A stretch of DNA of 64,000 nt from an uncultured virus (IMG/VR IMGVR_UViG_3300032233_001072) (taxonomy: Duplodnaviria > Heunggongvirae > Uroviricota > Caudoviricetes): positions 30,949 to 94,948 of the IMG/VR virus record IMGVR_UViG_3300032233_001072; one strand, 5' to 3'. The position numbers and the translations under genes were made by a program. Under the pieces are notes generated by a model that was given only the letters and a program-made list of their open reading frames with translations, was not told the origin of the DNA and did not search any database. Below, one piece after another: positions 48,725 through 58,178 of this stretch; positions within the stretch are counted from its first letter, which is position 1, and every line of letters starts with the position of its first letter.

Positions 48725-48858
48725 TTCTTTTCTTCATTCTTCTTATTGCTGGAGTTGTTTCTACACTAGTGGTACAAGCAGTACTTCTAGCAAAAGAGTT
48801 TGATTACCACCGTAAAGCGGTAAGAGAAGAAAGCCTCAAACGTCAAGACAAACGCTAA
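48721..48858 (+). CDS. Small membrane protein (45 aa)
   Basis: Hand translation MILFFILLIAGVVSTLVVQAVLL...; ATGA overlap. Confidence 0.55.
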   Translation: MILFFILLIAGVVSTLVVQAVLLAKEFDYHRKAVREESLKRQDKR

Positions 48859-49089
48859 TTAAACGCCTTTTTTGTCAACTTTGTTGAAAACAGCGTTAAT
48901 CTCATCTTTAGTCAATCTGCCGTCGTCCATGTAGGCACGGGCAAGTCCTTCAACAACAAAGGCTACGCCACCGATACCAGCCATTAAACAGGCTTTCCAC
49001 ATAGGAACACCAGCGATAGCGCCTGCTCCCATCACTGAAAGCCCAGTTGATGCGAAGGCAGCGAGAATACGAAAAAGAATGTCTTTCAT
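48859..49089 (-). CDS. Holin-like small membrane protein
   Basis: Two TMs, ARAY.DDG.LT.DEINA.F. Confidence 0.6.
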   Translation of the reverse strand: MKDILFRILAAFASTGLSVMGAGAIAGVPMWKACLMAGIGGVAFVVEGLARAYMDDGRLTKDEINAVFNKVDKKGV

Positions 49090-49142
49090 GGGTGTGTGCG
49101 TCCATTTCAAGTTGCTCAAAGTGTTTAGATACTTAGTATACC

Positions 49143-49409
49143 TTAATCAAATGGTAGTTCTAATTGTTTGAACTGTCCCCAGTTGATGTGTGGTTTTGCT
49201 GGGCGGAATACCGTAATTTCCCGATCTTGTCTGAGCAACTCATCTCGGGTGCGTTCAACGTGTGCTTTGTGTTGACGATCTAAACTATCTTTGTATTCCC
49301 GTGAGTTCTTTTCTTTGCGCCACTTGTTTATCTTGTCTTCACGGCTTGGCTTCCATGGGTCTTCCTCCCAGTCGCCTGCATCTCCTGCGTAGTCGCCGTC
49401 TTTGATCAT
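49143..49409 (-). CDS. Hypothetical protein ending QLELPFD
   Basis: ATG 6 nt after TATAAT. Confidence 0.65.
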   Translation of the reverse strand: MIKDGDYAGDAGDWEEDPWKPSREDKINKWRKEKNSREYKDSLDRQHKAHVERTRDELLRQDREITVFRPAKPHINWGQFKQLELPFD

Positions 49410-49423
49410 TAAACAATTATACT

Positions 49424-49597
49424 TCAACCACCATTGCGGTAAAAGCCCTTACCAACAAGGTTAATTGCTGGGGCGTTATAAGTACGTTTTAACTGTTCTG
49501 AGCAGTGTGGACACAACATTAGAGGCTCCTCATCACGGATTCCTCGTTCTTGCTCCCAGTGGTGGTCGTTTGGACACTTGTATTGGTACGTTGGCAT
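49424..49597 (-). CDS. FmdB-family zinc ribbon protein (57 aa)
   Basis: Hand translation MPTYQYKC...H...CPHC...KR...GKGFY. Confidence 0.85.
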   Translation of the reverse strand: MPTYQYKCPNDHHWEQERGIRDEEPLMLCPHCSEQLKRTYNAPAINLVGKGFYRNGG

Positions 49598-49612
49598 GGC
49601 AAAGATTATAGG

Positions 49613-50437
49613 CTAAAAACCATCCATACCGGGAAGCGGAACGTCTTTAAATTGTGGCGACATGTGTTGTTTAGGTTCCCGTCCAAGCAATCCACGTAAA
49701 TGTTGCCGTGCGTCTTTTACCTCGTGGTCTGGTATAGGAACAAACCCCATATGTTTTTGCATGGTTCCGTTTACGTAAGCAGTTCCCATTCTTTGTGGTG
49801 TTCTACCATTGTCATTAATATCATTGGTTTGCAACATGTCAGTGTTTTCTGAATGGGAAACAACAGGTAACCCTCTTTCTTGTGCGTTTTTACCTATTGC
49901 ACTGCTCCATTTAGACAAATTACGGGATGCTGTAAGAGGGACACCATGTTCTTTATGAATCATTGCGGCAACTGTTAAAAAAGAAGAGTTTAAAGAAGGG
50001 TCAAAATGTGCTGTTTTTATTTCAACAGATTTAGGAGTTGTTGTAAAAAGTTCTGTTGGTTGAAATTCCGGATCATTTTTAAGATTTTTTATGTTTTTAG
50101 CGTAGTGGATTCCGTCATACCGGGCAAAAGATGTTCCTCGGTTATCTGCAATGCTTCGGGCACTGGCTAGGGCATTAAAAGTGTCAAAGTTTTCATGGGC
50201 ATCTAAGTATTCTCCTGATATCCCAATATTTCTAGCAACTTTTTTATGGGTATGGGGGGTGGATGGTTCACTAAAATCAAAGTTAGGGAAATTACGTTCT
50301 TTGGTAACTTCTGCTGTTACTTCTCCGTAAGCAACTGTACGGTCACTGTCTTCATCATTTGCAACAACTTTATAACTATCGGTGTACGTATTAGGTTCAG
50401 CGGGGTAGGCTATACGAGATTTAAAATACCTAGGCAT
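49613..50437 (-). CDS. Tandem paralog 1 of unknown family
   Basis: RNFPNFDF, PTELFTT, MIHKEHG, LPGMDGF. Confidence 0.8.
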   Translation of the reverse strand: MPRYFKSRIAYPAEPNTYTDSYKVVANDEDSDRTVAYGEVTAEVTKERNFPNFDFSEPSTPHTHKKVARNIGISGEYLDAHENFDTFNALASARSIADNRGTSFARYDGIHYAKNIKNLKNDPEFQPTELFTTTPKSVEIKTAHFDPSLNSSFLTVAAMIHKEHGVPLTASRNLSKWSSAIGKNAQERGLPVVSHSENTDMLQTNDINDNGRTPQRMGTAYVNGTMQKHMGFVPIPDHEVKDARQHLRGLLGREPKQHMSPQFKDVPLPGMDGF

Positions 50438-51276
50438 TAGAAGCCTTCCATACCGGGCAATTGGTTTTGAGAAAATTGGGGAGATAGATGCTGGCTAGTG
50501 TCTTTAGGGGGATGCCCTAACAAAGTACGCAAATGCTGTCGTGCGTCTTTTACTTCATGTGTTGGTATTTCAGTGAATCCCAGATAGTTTTTCATATTGT
50601 TTTCTACATAGTCACTGTACATTCTTTTAGGAACCCTACCCTCCTGTTGCATTTCATTAGTTTGGTCCATATCAGGGTTATATTCGTGACTAACAACCGG
50701 TAACCCTCTTTCTTTAGCATTTTTACTTATTGCGCTACTCCATTTAGATAGGTTGTCAGACGCTGTGATAGGGATTCCATGTTCTTTATGAATCATTGCG
50801 GCAACTGTTAAAAAAGAAGAGTTTAAAGAAGGGTCAAAATGTGCCGATGTTATTGTCGCTGATCTAGGAGTTGTTGTAAATAGTTCTGTTGGTTGCAATA
50901 AATAATCATTTTTAAGATCTTTTATATTTTTAGCGTAATGAATTCCTGTACTTCTGGCGTATGGGTTTCCTCGGTTATTTAAAATACTTCGGGCACGACT
51001 TACAGCATTAAAAATATTATGGTTTTCATGGGCATCTAAGTATTCTCCTGATATCCCAATATTTCTAGCAACTTTTTTATGGGTATAGTTAGTAGGTTGG
51101 TCACTAAAATCAAAGTTAGGGAAACTACGTTCGTCATTAATTTCTACCTGCACTTCTCCGTATGGGACTCGTTGTAGGTAGTCTTCATTAGACCCAATAA
51201 CTTTATAGTTATCAAGGAACTGGTACCTAGTGCCGCCGCCGTTATTCCTAGATGACGCTTTAAAATATCTAGGCAT
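50437..51276 (-). CDS. Tandem paralog 2
   Basis: Same motifs. Confidence 0.8.
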   Translation of the reverse strand: MPRYFKASSRNNGGGTRYQFLDNYKVIGSNEDYLQRVPYGEVQVEINDERSFPNFDFSDQPTNYTHKKVARNIGISGEYLDAHENHNIFNAVSRARSILNNRGNPYARSTGIHYAKNIKDLKNDYLLQPTELFTTTPRSATITSAHFDPSLNSSFLTVAAMIHKEHGIPITASDNLSKWSSAISKNAKERGLPVVSHEYNPDMDQTNEMQQEGRVPKRMYSDYVENNMKNYLGFTEIPTHEVKDARQHLRTLLGHPPKDTSQHLSPQFSQNQLPGMEGF

Positions 51277-52004
51277 TAGAAACCTTCCATTCCGGGGAGG
51301 GGTACATCTTTAAATTGGTTAGACATATGCTGTTTGGGTTCTCGCCCAAGTAGCCCACGTAAATGGTTTTTTGCTTCTCGTACTTTGTCAGGGTGTATTT
51401 CTACAAAATCATCCATTACTTCATCTTGCTCGGCTTGGTCAGAGAAATAGTGCTCGCCACCTGAAACAGTATTGTTTTGTTTAAAAGTTGGGTTACCTTC
51501 ATGTCCCATAACCGGAAGGCCCTTTTTCTGTGCATTTCTAGCAAGTTTGCTACTCGCTGTAGATAAGGATTCATCAGCAGTGATAGGGATTCCATGTTCT
51601 TGATGGATCATTGCACCAACTATAGGCATGGCATGCTTTAACGACGGGTCAAAAACCGCAGATGTAATAGTGGTTTTACGGGGTTCCGTAGTAAACAGTT
51701 CTGTTGGTTTTGGAATATCACTTTCAATGTGAAAGTTCTCATCTTTATTCAATGGGTTATCAAAATGGTTTAGAACTTGTGTAGATATGTATTGAGGTGA
51801 CCAGCCAGTGCTCTTAGTATGGCGGGAATATAAATTGTCAGGGTCAGGTTCTCTAAAATCAAAGTTAGGGAAGTTACGTTCTCTAGTTGAAGTTACTTCA
51901 AGATTAGCGGCAGGTGTAAACCCTCGGCTATCCTTCTTACCAGTAACCATGTAAGAGTCATACTTGTCTAGGAGTTCAAAACTTTTCTTATAATACCGAG
52001 CCAT
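51276..52004 (-). CDS. Tandem paralog 3
   Basis: Same motifs; ATG 6 nt after TATAAT. Confidence 0.8.
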   Translation of the reverse strand: MARYYKKSFELLDKYDSYMVTGKKDSRGFTPAANLEVTSTRERNFPNFDFREPDPDNLYSRHTKSTGWSPQYISTQVLNHFDNPLNKDENFHIESDIPKPTELFTTEPRKTTITSAVFDPSLKHAMPIVGAMIHQEHGIPITADESLSTASSKLARNAQKKGLPVMGHEGNPTFKQNNTVSGGEHYFSDQAEQDEVMDDFVEIHPDKVREAKNHLRGLLGREPKQHMSNQFKDVPLPGMEGF

Positions 52005-52018
52005 CCAACAATTATACG

Positions 52019-52453
52019 TTAAGTGGTTGCCCTAAAAATGCCATCAGGACCTAGGCGCACGGTGCCTATGTAGGAAGACACATCTTTACCCGTTTTGACG
52101 TCAGTAACAGACCCGGGGGCAACTTTTATAGCAGAAGTGACCTTACATGAAGGAGAAACAATCCCAGAGATAAAGGTGTTGCGGGTTTTAGCCTTAGTAG
52201 GACTATTTAAATGATTTAAAAGTTCTCGCCTGTTTACCTTCATTTTGGCGCTTACAAGGTAGATATCGTCGGTTTGCCCAACAACTTTACCTTTAACAAG
52301 AACACTAAATATAGGTCGCCCCAAAACCTTGGTTGCAGGTGTATGCATGTGCACATCAACTTTTATACCTAGCAACTTTTTCAAACCCTGTTCACTAATG
52401 ATGCGAACAGGCACTCCCCGAACAGTGTGTGTTTCTTTGTATATAGTCTCCAT
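52019..52453 (-). CDS. Hypothetical basic protein
   Basis: ORF track. Confidence 0.65.
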   Translation of the reverse strand: METIYKETHTVRGVPVRIISEQGLKKLLGIKVDVHMHTPATKVLGRPIFSVLVKGKVVGQTDDIYLVSAKMKVNRRELLNHLNSPTKAKTRNTFISGIVSPSCKVTSAIKVAPGSVTDVKTGKDVSSYIGTVRLGPDGIFRATT

Positions 52454-52484
52454 ATTAGGATTTAGTATACAGAGCGTTTTTCGT

Positions 52485-52856
52485 TTACTTATGCCCTTCG
52501 TACCTTTTATTTAAGTATGGGTGTTCTTTCATAATGGCGTTATCATCTTCATAAGAGTTCCCATACACAACTGGCATAAATTGATCGGGATTTAAACGGT
52601 GTGCGGCTGCAACACGGTGATGACCATTATTAACGCTATTGAATAGCATATTTAAAGATATGGGGAGACCTACACCTTTTTCTTTAATGTCCCCCATAAG
52701 GCCACTTTTGTCGGCTTCATCTGCTTTTCTGTCCCAAAGTTCTTCATTTGTTTCTTTTCTGTTATGTTCTGCATTCCATTTATTTTCAAATGGATTTGGA
52801 TCATAATTGTCCATGATCTCCTGTGGAGTCATAAACATGCGTAGTTGCTTGTCCAT
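52485..52856 (-). CDS. ParB/sulfiredoxin N-terminal-domain protein
   Basis: IKEKGV..PI...NGHHRVAAA...PVVY. Confidence 0.8.
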   Translation of the reverse strand: MDKQLRMFMTPQEIMDNYDPNPFENKWNAEHNRKETNEELWDRKADEADKSGLMGDIKEKGVGLPISLNMLFNSVNNGHHRVAAAHRLNPDQFMPVVYGNSYEDDNAIMKEHPYLNKRYEGHK

Positions 52857-53261
52857 TTAATGATGGAAGTGGCTGTTGCCAACAGTGGTATGTGGATATT
52901 CGGAAGCAAATTCTCCAGCGGTATGATCATGGCTATGCAAGTTATGAAGATCGGCATGGTCAAGTGCAGGAACAGTGCCACTACCCCAGTCACGTCGTCT
53001 ATGCTCTATGGAAGGAATATGTGAATGGCTGGTTTCATCGTAGTAATCAAGTTCGTGTGAACCCATGTCATGGGCAGTCATTAAGTGTTGTTTTAGTGAA
53101 AGCATGTCACCTAAATTAGTTGGTTGTACACGCATATGTTCTTCCATGGCGCCTTGGTTACGAGACAAGTTTGCCACACCCTGCATAAACTCTACCGTTT
53201 CACGGGGAATGCGAATAAAATCTTTACCATGATCTTTATCAAAGTTTTCGTTGCGAGCCAT
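52857..53261 (-). CDS. His-rich hypothetical protein
   Basis: L..HL...H...LH...H pattern. Confidence 0.7.
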   Translation of the reverse strand: MARNENFDKDHGKDFIRIPRETVEFMQGVANLSRNQGAMEEHMRVQPTNLGDMLSLKQHLMTAHDMGSHELDYYDETSHSHIPSIEHRRRDWGSGTVPALDHADLHNLHSHDHTAGEFASEYPHTTVGNSHFHH

Positions 53262-54160
53262 TAAAACCCCTCCATACCGGGCAATTGTGTTTTTTCATAT
53301 GTTTTTTCAACAGGGGTATCCACACGCCTAGGGTAAGGGTCAAGACCTGATGCGTGTCTAAAAGACAAAATGCGGTTCATAGAGAAGCGCTTTTGGTCTC
53401 CCGCTTCGTCAAAGCCTTCAGGACGGTATCCAGCCGATGGGTTTAAACGTGCATCATTGCCACGACGCATACCACGGGTAATACGGTTGGTAGCCAATCT
53501 AAAACCTTCAGCACGCCCTTCTAACGCTGGACTAGCCATCAACCCACCGTCTTCAGCGTTGTACCAAGAACGGTTGTAATCATTCTGTTGAAAATCGTCA
53601 GGTTCATGTAAGTAGTCATTTAGATGACCTAACTCATGCATAGTGATCTGACTAGCAACAGTTCCAGAAGTGTCTTCCCATATTTTGTTATTTTTTGTTT
53701 TTCCCAAAACCCTAGGGTTTATTCCAACTTCCATAGCATGATGGTCAAATTGCCCAAAATCTGTATCGTCATCAATGGATACAGAAGCATTCTCTGTCAT
53801 TGTTCTGAGCATGTCAACGGGAACAGTAGACCGAGCCATTGTTTCAGAAACTTTGTTTGCTAAATGGGCAGAATGGTCGGTGCCTACGTTATCGCTAATA
53901 AACCCTGACGTAGCGTCAACAACACCTCGCATACGTTCTGGTGTGTATCCTTTAGGCCAAACGTGCTCGTGGAACATTTTTAACTGTCCACCTTTACCTA
54001 CAGGATACTTTTGCCCTTTTTTGACTTCTGTGTACTTTGGAACATTCGCTACAACACGGTCCATACTAGAATCATTTAACTCTTGAGATTGCTGACGAAC
54101 GGCATCCCAGTCAATTTGATTCTTACGTACTCTAGATACTTGGTTATAGAGAGAAGTCAT
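53261..54160 (-). CDS. Zincin-like metallopeptidase
   Basis: TMHELGH plus downstream EG.AE; start reassigned to ATG 7 nt after TAAACT. Confidence 0.7.
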   Translation of the reverse strand: MTSLYNQVSRVRKNQIDWDAVRQQSQELNDSSMDRVVANVPKYTEVKKGQKYPVGKGGQLKMFHEHVWPKGYTPERMRGVVDATSGFISDNVGTDHSAHLANKVSETMARSTVPVDMLRTMTENASVSIDDDTDFGQFDHHAMEVGINPRVLGKTKNNKIWEDTSGTVASQITMHELGHLNDYLHEPDDFQQNDYNRSWYNAEDGGLMASPALEGRAEGFRLATNRITRGMRRGNDARLNPSAGYRPEGFDEAGDQKRFSMNRILSFRHASGLDPYPRRVDTPVEKTYEKTQLPGMEGF

Positions 54161-54170
54161 AATTACTAGT

Positions 54171-54809
54171 TTACTCCCTAATTTCGTCAGCACGTTTATG
54201 AAGTTGTTCTGTATCTGGGTTATATGTGTACCTATTAACTTTGAAGCCGTCTCCTGTATGTATAACATCAATAAGACCAGAAAAAACAGGCAATGGGTGA
54301 GTAAAAACTTTTATGTTTTCATTAATATTTTTAAGTCTTCCCTCTGCACCCCAATTGGTAGTATCAATTTTATTATGTGTTGCTAAATGTTCATGAATAT
54401 TTTTAACTGTGGAATTAGCGTTATCACGGGAGGGCAACCATAGACCGTTTGTAGTTTGACTGTTTTCTTCAAGAAACCCGTCATGCCCAGAACCTTCTTC
54501 ATCATGCATCTCAAACCCACCTTGTGGGTGTGGAATCCATGCGTCTGTACGACGATAGTGGAGTCCCATTGTGGGACTACTATTAGTACGAATTTCAGAA
54601 ACAACTGGTTTTTCGTCTTGCAACACATTGGAACTTAACAGATTGCGAAAATTACCAGTATCTCCTATTGATAAAGTATGGCCTAGCGCCATTCCATATT
54701 TTTTCCCATCAATATGGACAGTTCGGGGGTCTGTTAAAGCATCATGCCCAAGACGAGCCTGATGTTGTAGTGCTTTTTGGACATGGGTAACATTAAAAGA
54801 TTTGTTCAT
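54171..54809 (-). CDS. Hypothetical protein
   Basis: ORF track; leaderless-type start. Confidence 0.7.
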   Translation of the reverse strand: MNKSFNVTHVQKALQHQARLGHDALTDPRTVHIDGKKYGMALGHTLSIGDTGNFRNLLSSNVLQDEKPVVSEIRTNSSPTMGLHYRRTDAWIPHPQGGFEMHDEEGSGHDGFLEENSQTTNGLWLPSRDNANSTVKNIHEHLATHNKIDTTNWGAEGRLKNINENIKVFTHPLPVFSGLIDVIHTGDGFKVNRYTYNPDTEQLHKRADEIRE

Positions 54810-54819
54810 AACTACTAGT

Positions 54820-55518
54820 TTAGCGCCCTATTGACTTAAGGTAATCAATGTTGCCCTGTCGGGAGTGTTCATAGTCCCATTGGGCTTCATTATTAGTTCT
54901 ACTTACAATTTCTGATAATACCGCAGCCGTAGCCCCAAACTGCATATGTCCCAAGTATTTAGTGGCTTTACCCATTAACTCTGCTGGCTGGTGGTACACG
55001 GGTAACTTACTGTGCTCATTAGCGTAATGTTTACCTACAATCAGGGCGGTATCCCAATTAGCGTCAGGAGCCTCAGGTGCTGTTTTGCCGGGCATTATAA
55101 ATGTAGAGTTGGTTCTTAGGTTTTCTCTCATTTCCCGCTCAAACCCATAAGGGTTTGTTAAAACATCATAAACTTTTGATGCCTTATTTCTTACAGCACC
55201 CATTTCATTATGACCCCAATGTTGCGTATGGTGGGTGCGCCAATACATATCGCCCGTGTGCTCAGCAGCCCATGTGTAAAGACCACTACCTAATTTTTTG
55301 CTAATGCCGTGCGGTTCTCCAAACACAGCACCTTCAGCACCATGGGGACCATTACCATGCCATCGTTGAAGATCTCCTGTATGCCCTAGTACTGAACGGT
55401 GTTCGGCATCACTCATTCCTTCAAAATCTTTAGATGAATAAGGTGTGCCCCGGTGGAATCGGTCAATTACGTCATCCCCTATTTGTCGGTGTGTTTCGTC
55501 ACTTACGCTGAAATCCAT
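54820..55518 (-). CDS. Hypothetical protein
   Basis: ORF track; leaderless-type start. Confidence 0.7.
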   Translation of the reverse strand: MDFSVSDETHRQIGDDVIDRFHRGTPYSSKDFEGMSDAEHRSVLGHTGDLQRWHGNGPHGAEGAVFGEPHGISKKLGSGLYTWAAEHTGDMYWRTHHTQHWGHNEMGAVRNKASKVYDVLTNPYGFEREMRENLRTNSTFIMPGKTAPEAPDANWDTALIVGKHYANEHSKLPVYHQPAELMGKATKYLGHMQFGATAAVLSEIVSRTNNEAQWDYEHSRQGNIDYLKSIGR

Positions 55519-55527
55519 AGGTTTAGT

Positions 55528-55722
55528 TTACTTTAATATGCCCCATGTTGGGTTGGGCAGGAACCTGATGTCATTAGACTCAAAGTGCTTTACAATGCCG
55601 TCATTGAGCACAACCACCCAGCAGGTGTTAGCGCCCCAACCGTAGTCAATCAAAAGTAGTGCAACGCCGTCACCTAAAGGAGTAGAAACTTCTAGAGGCT
55701 GTTTGAACTCATGAATGTTGAT
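55528..55722 (-). CDS. Small protein with non-canonical ATC start (or start-loss pseudogene)
   Basis: Open frame INIHEFKQPLEVSTPLGDGVALLLIDYG...NPTWGILK; ATC sits 6 nt after TAAAAT. Confidence 0.55.
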   Translation of the reverse strand: MNIHEFKQPLEVSTPLGDGVALLLIDYGWGANTCWVVVLNDGIVKHFESNDIRFLPNPTWGILK

Positions 55723-55731
55723 ATAACTATT

Positions 55732-56046
55732 TTACTCTACATGCTTTAGCATGTACGGGTGAATGTCGTGCTTGAGCACATGACCATTACCCGCCCAATC
55801 CCAAGGTGCGGAATCAGGAAGTTCTACCGAAAATACTGAATCTCCATACCCACGAGCGCCTTCCAGACTTTGTGCTAGGTATACACCTGTAGGATGCCCC
55901 GGTACGTGCGTTTCACCCTCTTCTAGACCTTCATAACCCTCTGCTGGGTTATGGGCCTTTAAACCATGCCTTTTGATGGATGCCACATTATGTGGTTGTG
56001 TACCGTGGTAATAAGTACGAAACTGATGTGGATTAAGGGAAGCCAT
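55732..56046 (-). CDS. ADP-ribosyltransferase-like protein (H-type)
   Basis: YYHGT......IKRHGL, GVYL, A..YG..VF.V. Confidence 0.7.
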   Translation of the reverse strand: MASLNPHQFRTYYHGTQPHNVASIKRHGLKAHNPAEGYEGLEEGETHVPGHPTGVYLAQSLEGARGYGDSVFSVELPDSAPWDWAGNGHVLKHDIHPYMLKHVE

Positions 56047-56093
56047 CTATCTAGTTTACTCCACAACCGGCAATTTTTTAGCCCTCTACCGCT

Positions 56094-56534
56094 CTAGAAC
56101 TCCTCTTTCCGTGCTTGAGGGTAGCGTTGCTCGTATTCACTATTCTTCGTACCTTTGGAGTTCCAGATACCTGTGTAGTTCCAGTCTTGGTCATACATCA
56201 CTGGGACATACAGTTCTTTGCCTTCTTTAGCCAAGTCACTAGACGCTTGGACACGGTGATGGCCTTGACCCATTGTGAAAGTGCCGTCACGGTTAGGAAC
56301 TATGGTGACGTGACGTTGGACACCCTCTTTAGCAAGAGTGTTTTTTAACGTAGTAGTCTTTTTTTCTTCCCACAGGTCATCCATGGTTTGTGCAGGTACC
56401 GTGACGGAGTAGCCGGGGCGATAAATTGTGTGCCCCGTTAAACGGTCTACTGAATCGGACACAAGGTCTTTAATCTCGTCACCAGTCATGAACAACTTGT
56501 ACTGGTAAGGGCTGAGATGGTTTTTTGCTGCCAT
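56094..56534 (-). CDS. ParB/Srx-like protein
   Basis: KEGV..HV...QGHHRV...PVMY; similar to 52485-52856. Confidence 0.75.
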   Translation of the reverse strand: MAAKNHLSPYQYKLFMTGDEIKDLVSDSVDRLTGHTIYRPGYSVTVPAQTMDDLWEEKKTTTLKNTLAKEGVQRHVTIVPNRDGTFTMGQGHHRVQASSDLAKEGKELYVPVMYDQDWNYTGIWNSKGTKNSEYEQRYPQARKEEF

Positions 56535-56770
56535 TAGAGCAAGTTTCTCCATTTGGCTTCTTTTTCAAAATCTGTACCAGAACCAAGTTGTGCAACTTTC
56601 ATTAACTCTGCATCTGGCATGTTTTTTAAACTGTTACCCCCATAATCGGGTTTAAGTGCTTTGCGGCGAGCAGTTACAACGCTAGGGTCAGAAGCCCTTC
56701 TAGGGCCAAAATACTTTGCTAGATGAGGGTTTTGTAAACTAACTGAGGAGAAATGCATGTTACGAGTCAT
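56534..56770 (-). CDS. Hypothetical protein
   Basis: ORF track; ATG 7 nt after TAAACT. Confidence 0.65.
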   Translation of the reverse strand: MTRNMHFSSVSLQNPHLAKYFGPRRASDPSVVTARRKALKPDYGGNSLKNMPDAELMKVAQLGSGTDFEKEAKWRNLL

Positions 56771-56785
56771 GTCTACTAGTTTACG

Positions 56786-56953
56786 TTAAAAAAACGAACC
56801 CGTAGCCTTCTTGTAGGTTTCGGCAGATAAATTAGATTGTTCCTGCTCATTACCTTTTGGGTTGGTAGGACCAGTTGATTCATCAAGTTCGTTACCTGAC
56901 GGTGCTTCTGGTGTCTTTTTTGCTCCAAATTGGATTTTGTTAAGTTTACTCAT
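56786..56953 (-). CDS. Small hypothetical protein (55 aa, tag MSKLNKIQF)
   Basis: Hand translation; ATG 6 nt after TAAACT. Confidence 0.65.
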   Translation of the reverse strand: MSKLNKIQFGAKKTPEAPSGNELDESTGPTNPKGNEQEQSNLSAETYKKATGSFF

Positions 56954-56965
56954 ACGTCTAGTTTA

Positions 56966-57409
56966 CTATGCCTTAAACCTACGACGGAAAGGGTCGTTAA
57001 CAATTGTTTTTTCGTTATTAGCGTTGTCTTCATCGTAAAGGTGCATCCGCAAAACATGGACGGGGGCACCCGGGCGTACTGTGCTTTCTTGTTCTTGACT
57101 ACCAGAATGCTGTACGGCAGCAAAACCTTGCCAATCTTGACCTTCTTGAGATTCTGGGTCAATAATATGACGTCTATGGACTTTGGCTTCAATAACGGTT
57201 CCGTACCTGCTGTTTACGTCATCCATGTCCCCTACGATGCCATCGTCATGGGGCCAGCCTTCAACGTCCCGATCTGTAGCAAAGTTGTAAGCAACTTCGT
57301 GTGATCTAGACCAATGAGGTCCTACATCAGTAGTTTTTACTTCATCAGGGGAGACATTAGAGAGTCCTCTATACAAAGTGACAAATTGTGGTCCAGTGGG
57401 CTTAGGCAT
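56966..57409 (-). CDS. ADP-ribosyltransferase-like protein (R-S-E type)
   Basis: TLYRGL...GPHWS...VA..FA...EQE..VRPG. Confidence 0.7.
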   Translation of the reverse strand: MPKPTGPQFVTLYRGLSNVSPDEVKTTDVGPHWSRSHEVAYNFATDRDVEGWPHDDGIVGDMDDVNSRYGTVIEAKVHRRHIIDPESQEGQDWQGFAAVQHSGSQEQESTVRPGAPVHVLRMHLYDEDNANNEKTIVNDPFRRRFKA

Positions 57410-57453
57410 ACGTCTAGTTTACATGTATACAACAGGTATACAAGTTCAATACA

Positions 57454-57469
57454 TGTTCCACGTAGAACA
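57454..57469. promoter_or_regulatory. parS-like site (1 mismatch)
   Basis: TGTTCCACGTAGAACA, intergenic. Confidence 0.6.
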
Positions 57470-57471
57470 AT

Positions 57472-58158
57472 TTACCATGTGGTTGGTGGGAAAGAGGTGC
57501 GAACTCGTAAAGGTTCTTCAAACTGGTGGTGGTTCATCATACTGCCATAACGCACAGTAACGCCAGTAACAGGAATCTGTGATTTTGATTTCATAATGAT
57601 TTCTTCTTCGGCTAAATCCCCATGTTTGCCGTAACCGGGTCTACCGTCAGTGCGACCAGAATGGCGTGATCTCCAATCAGTGCTTGACCAGTTTCTCGTT
57701 ACTCCTGCGTCATCGTCAAAATGACCGCTATCAAAAGAAACTTTTGAAGGGTCTATTGCTGAATGGAGGATAAAACTAACTCTTTGTTCGTTTTCTTTTG
57801 GTTCATTGCCAAATCGTTCCCTTTTAGCAAAAGAATCGGCTACTAGTTGGTGAGTAGACCAACTTTTACCTGTGGTTCCTTGATTTTCAGGGAACATATG
57901 TCCAATAATTTCGCTAGTTGTACGAAGATTGGCAGGTACGTTTTTACTGTCACCACGATAAATAGGCTGTCCGGCTCTAAAAAAGCGTTCCATGTCGTTT
58001 GGAATCAATGCGGCTTCAGCAGCACTCCTAGCAGCAGCACCTGCTTGGTTGTTTGCATGGACTTTGGCTCGTCTAGCGTCCCTATCTAGTGCTAAAGCCT
58101 CTCCAAACTTACGTTTTTCGGACTCAAACAGTTTTTGATTGAAGATTTCGTTAGCCAT
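57472..58158 (-). CDS. ADP-ribosyltransferase-like protein (R-S-E type)
   Basis: IYRG...GKSWST...VA..FA...EEEII. Confidence 0.65.
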   Translation of the reverse strand: MANEIFNQKLFESEKRKFGEALALDRDARRAKVHANNQAGAAARSAAEAALIPNDMERFFRAGQPIYRGDSKNVPANLRTTSEIIGHMFPENQGTTGKSWSTHQLVADSFAKRERFGNEPKENEQRVSFILHSAIDPSKVSFDSGHFDDDAGVTRNWSSTDWRSRHSGRTDGRPGYGKHGDLAEEEIIMKSKSQIPVTGVTVRYGSMMNHHQFEEPLRVRTSFPPTTW

Positions 58159-58178
58159 ATACCTAGTATAGGGTTATT

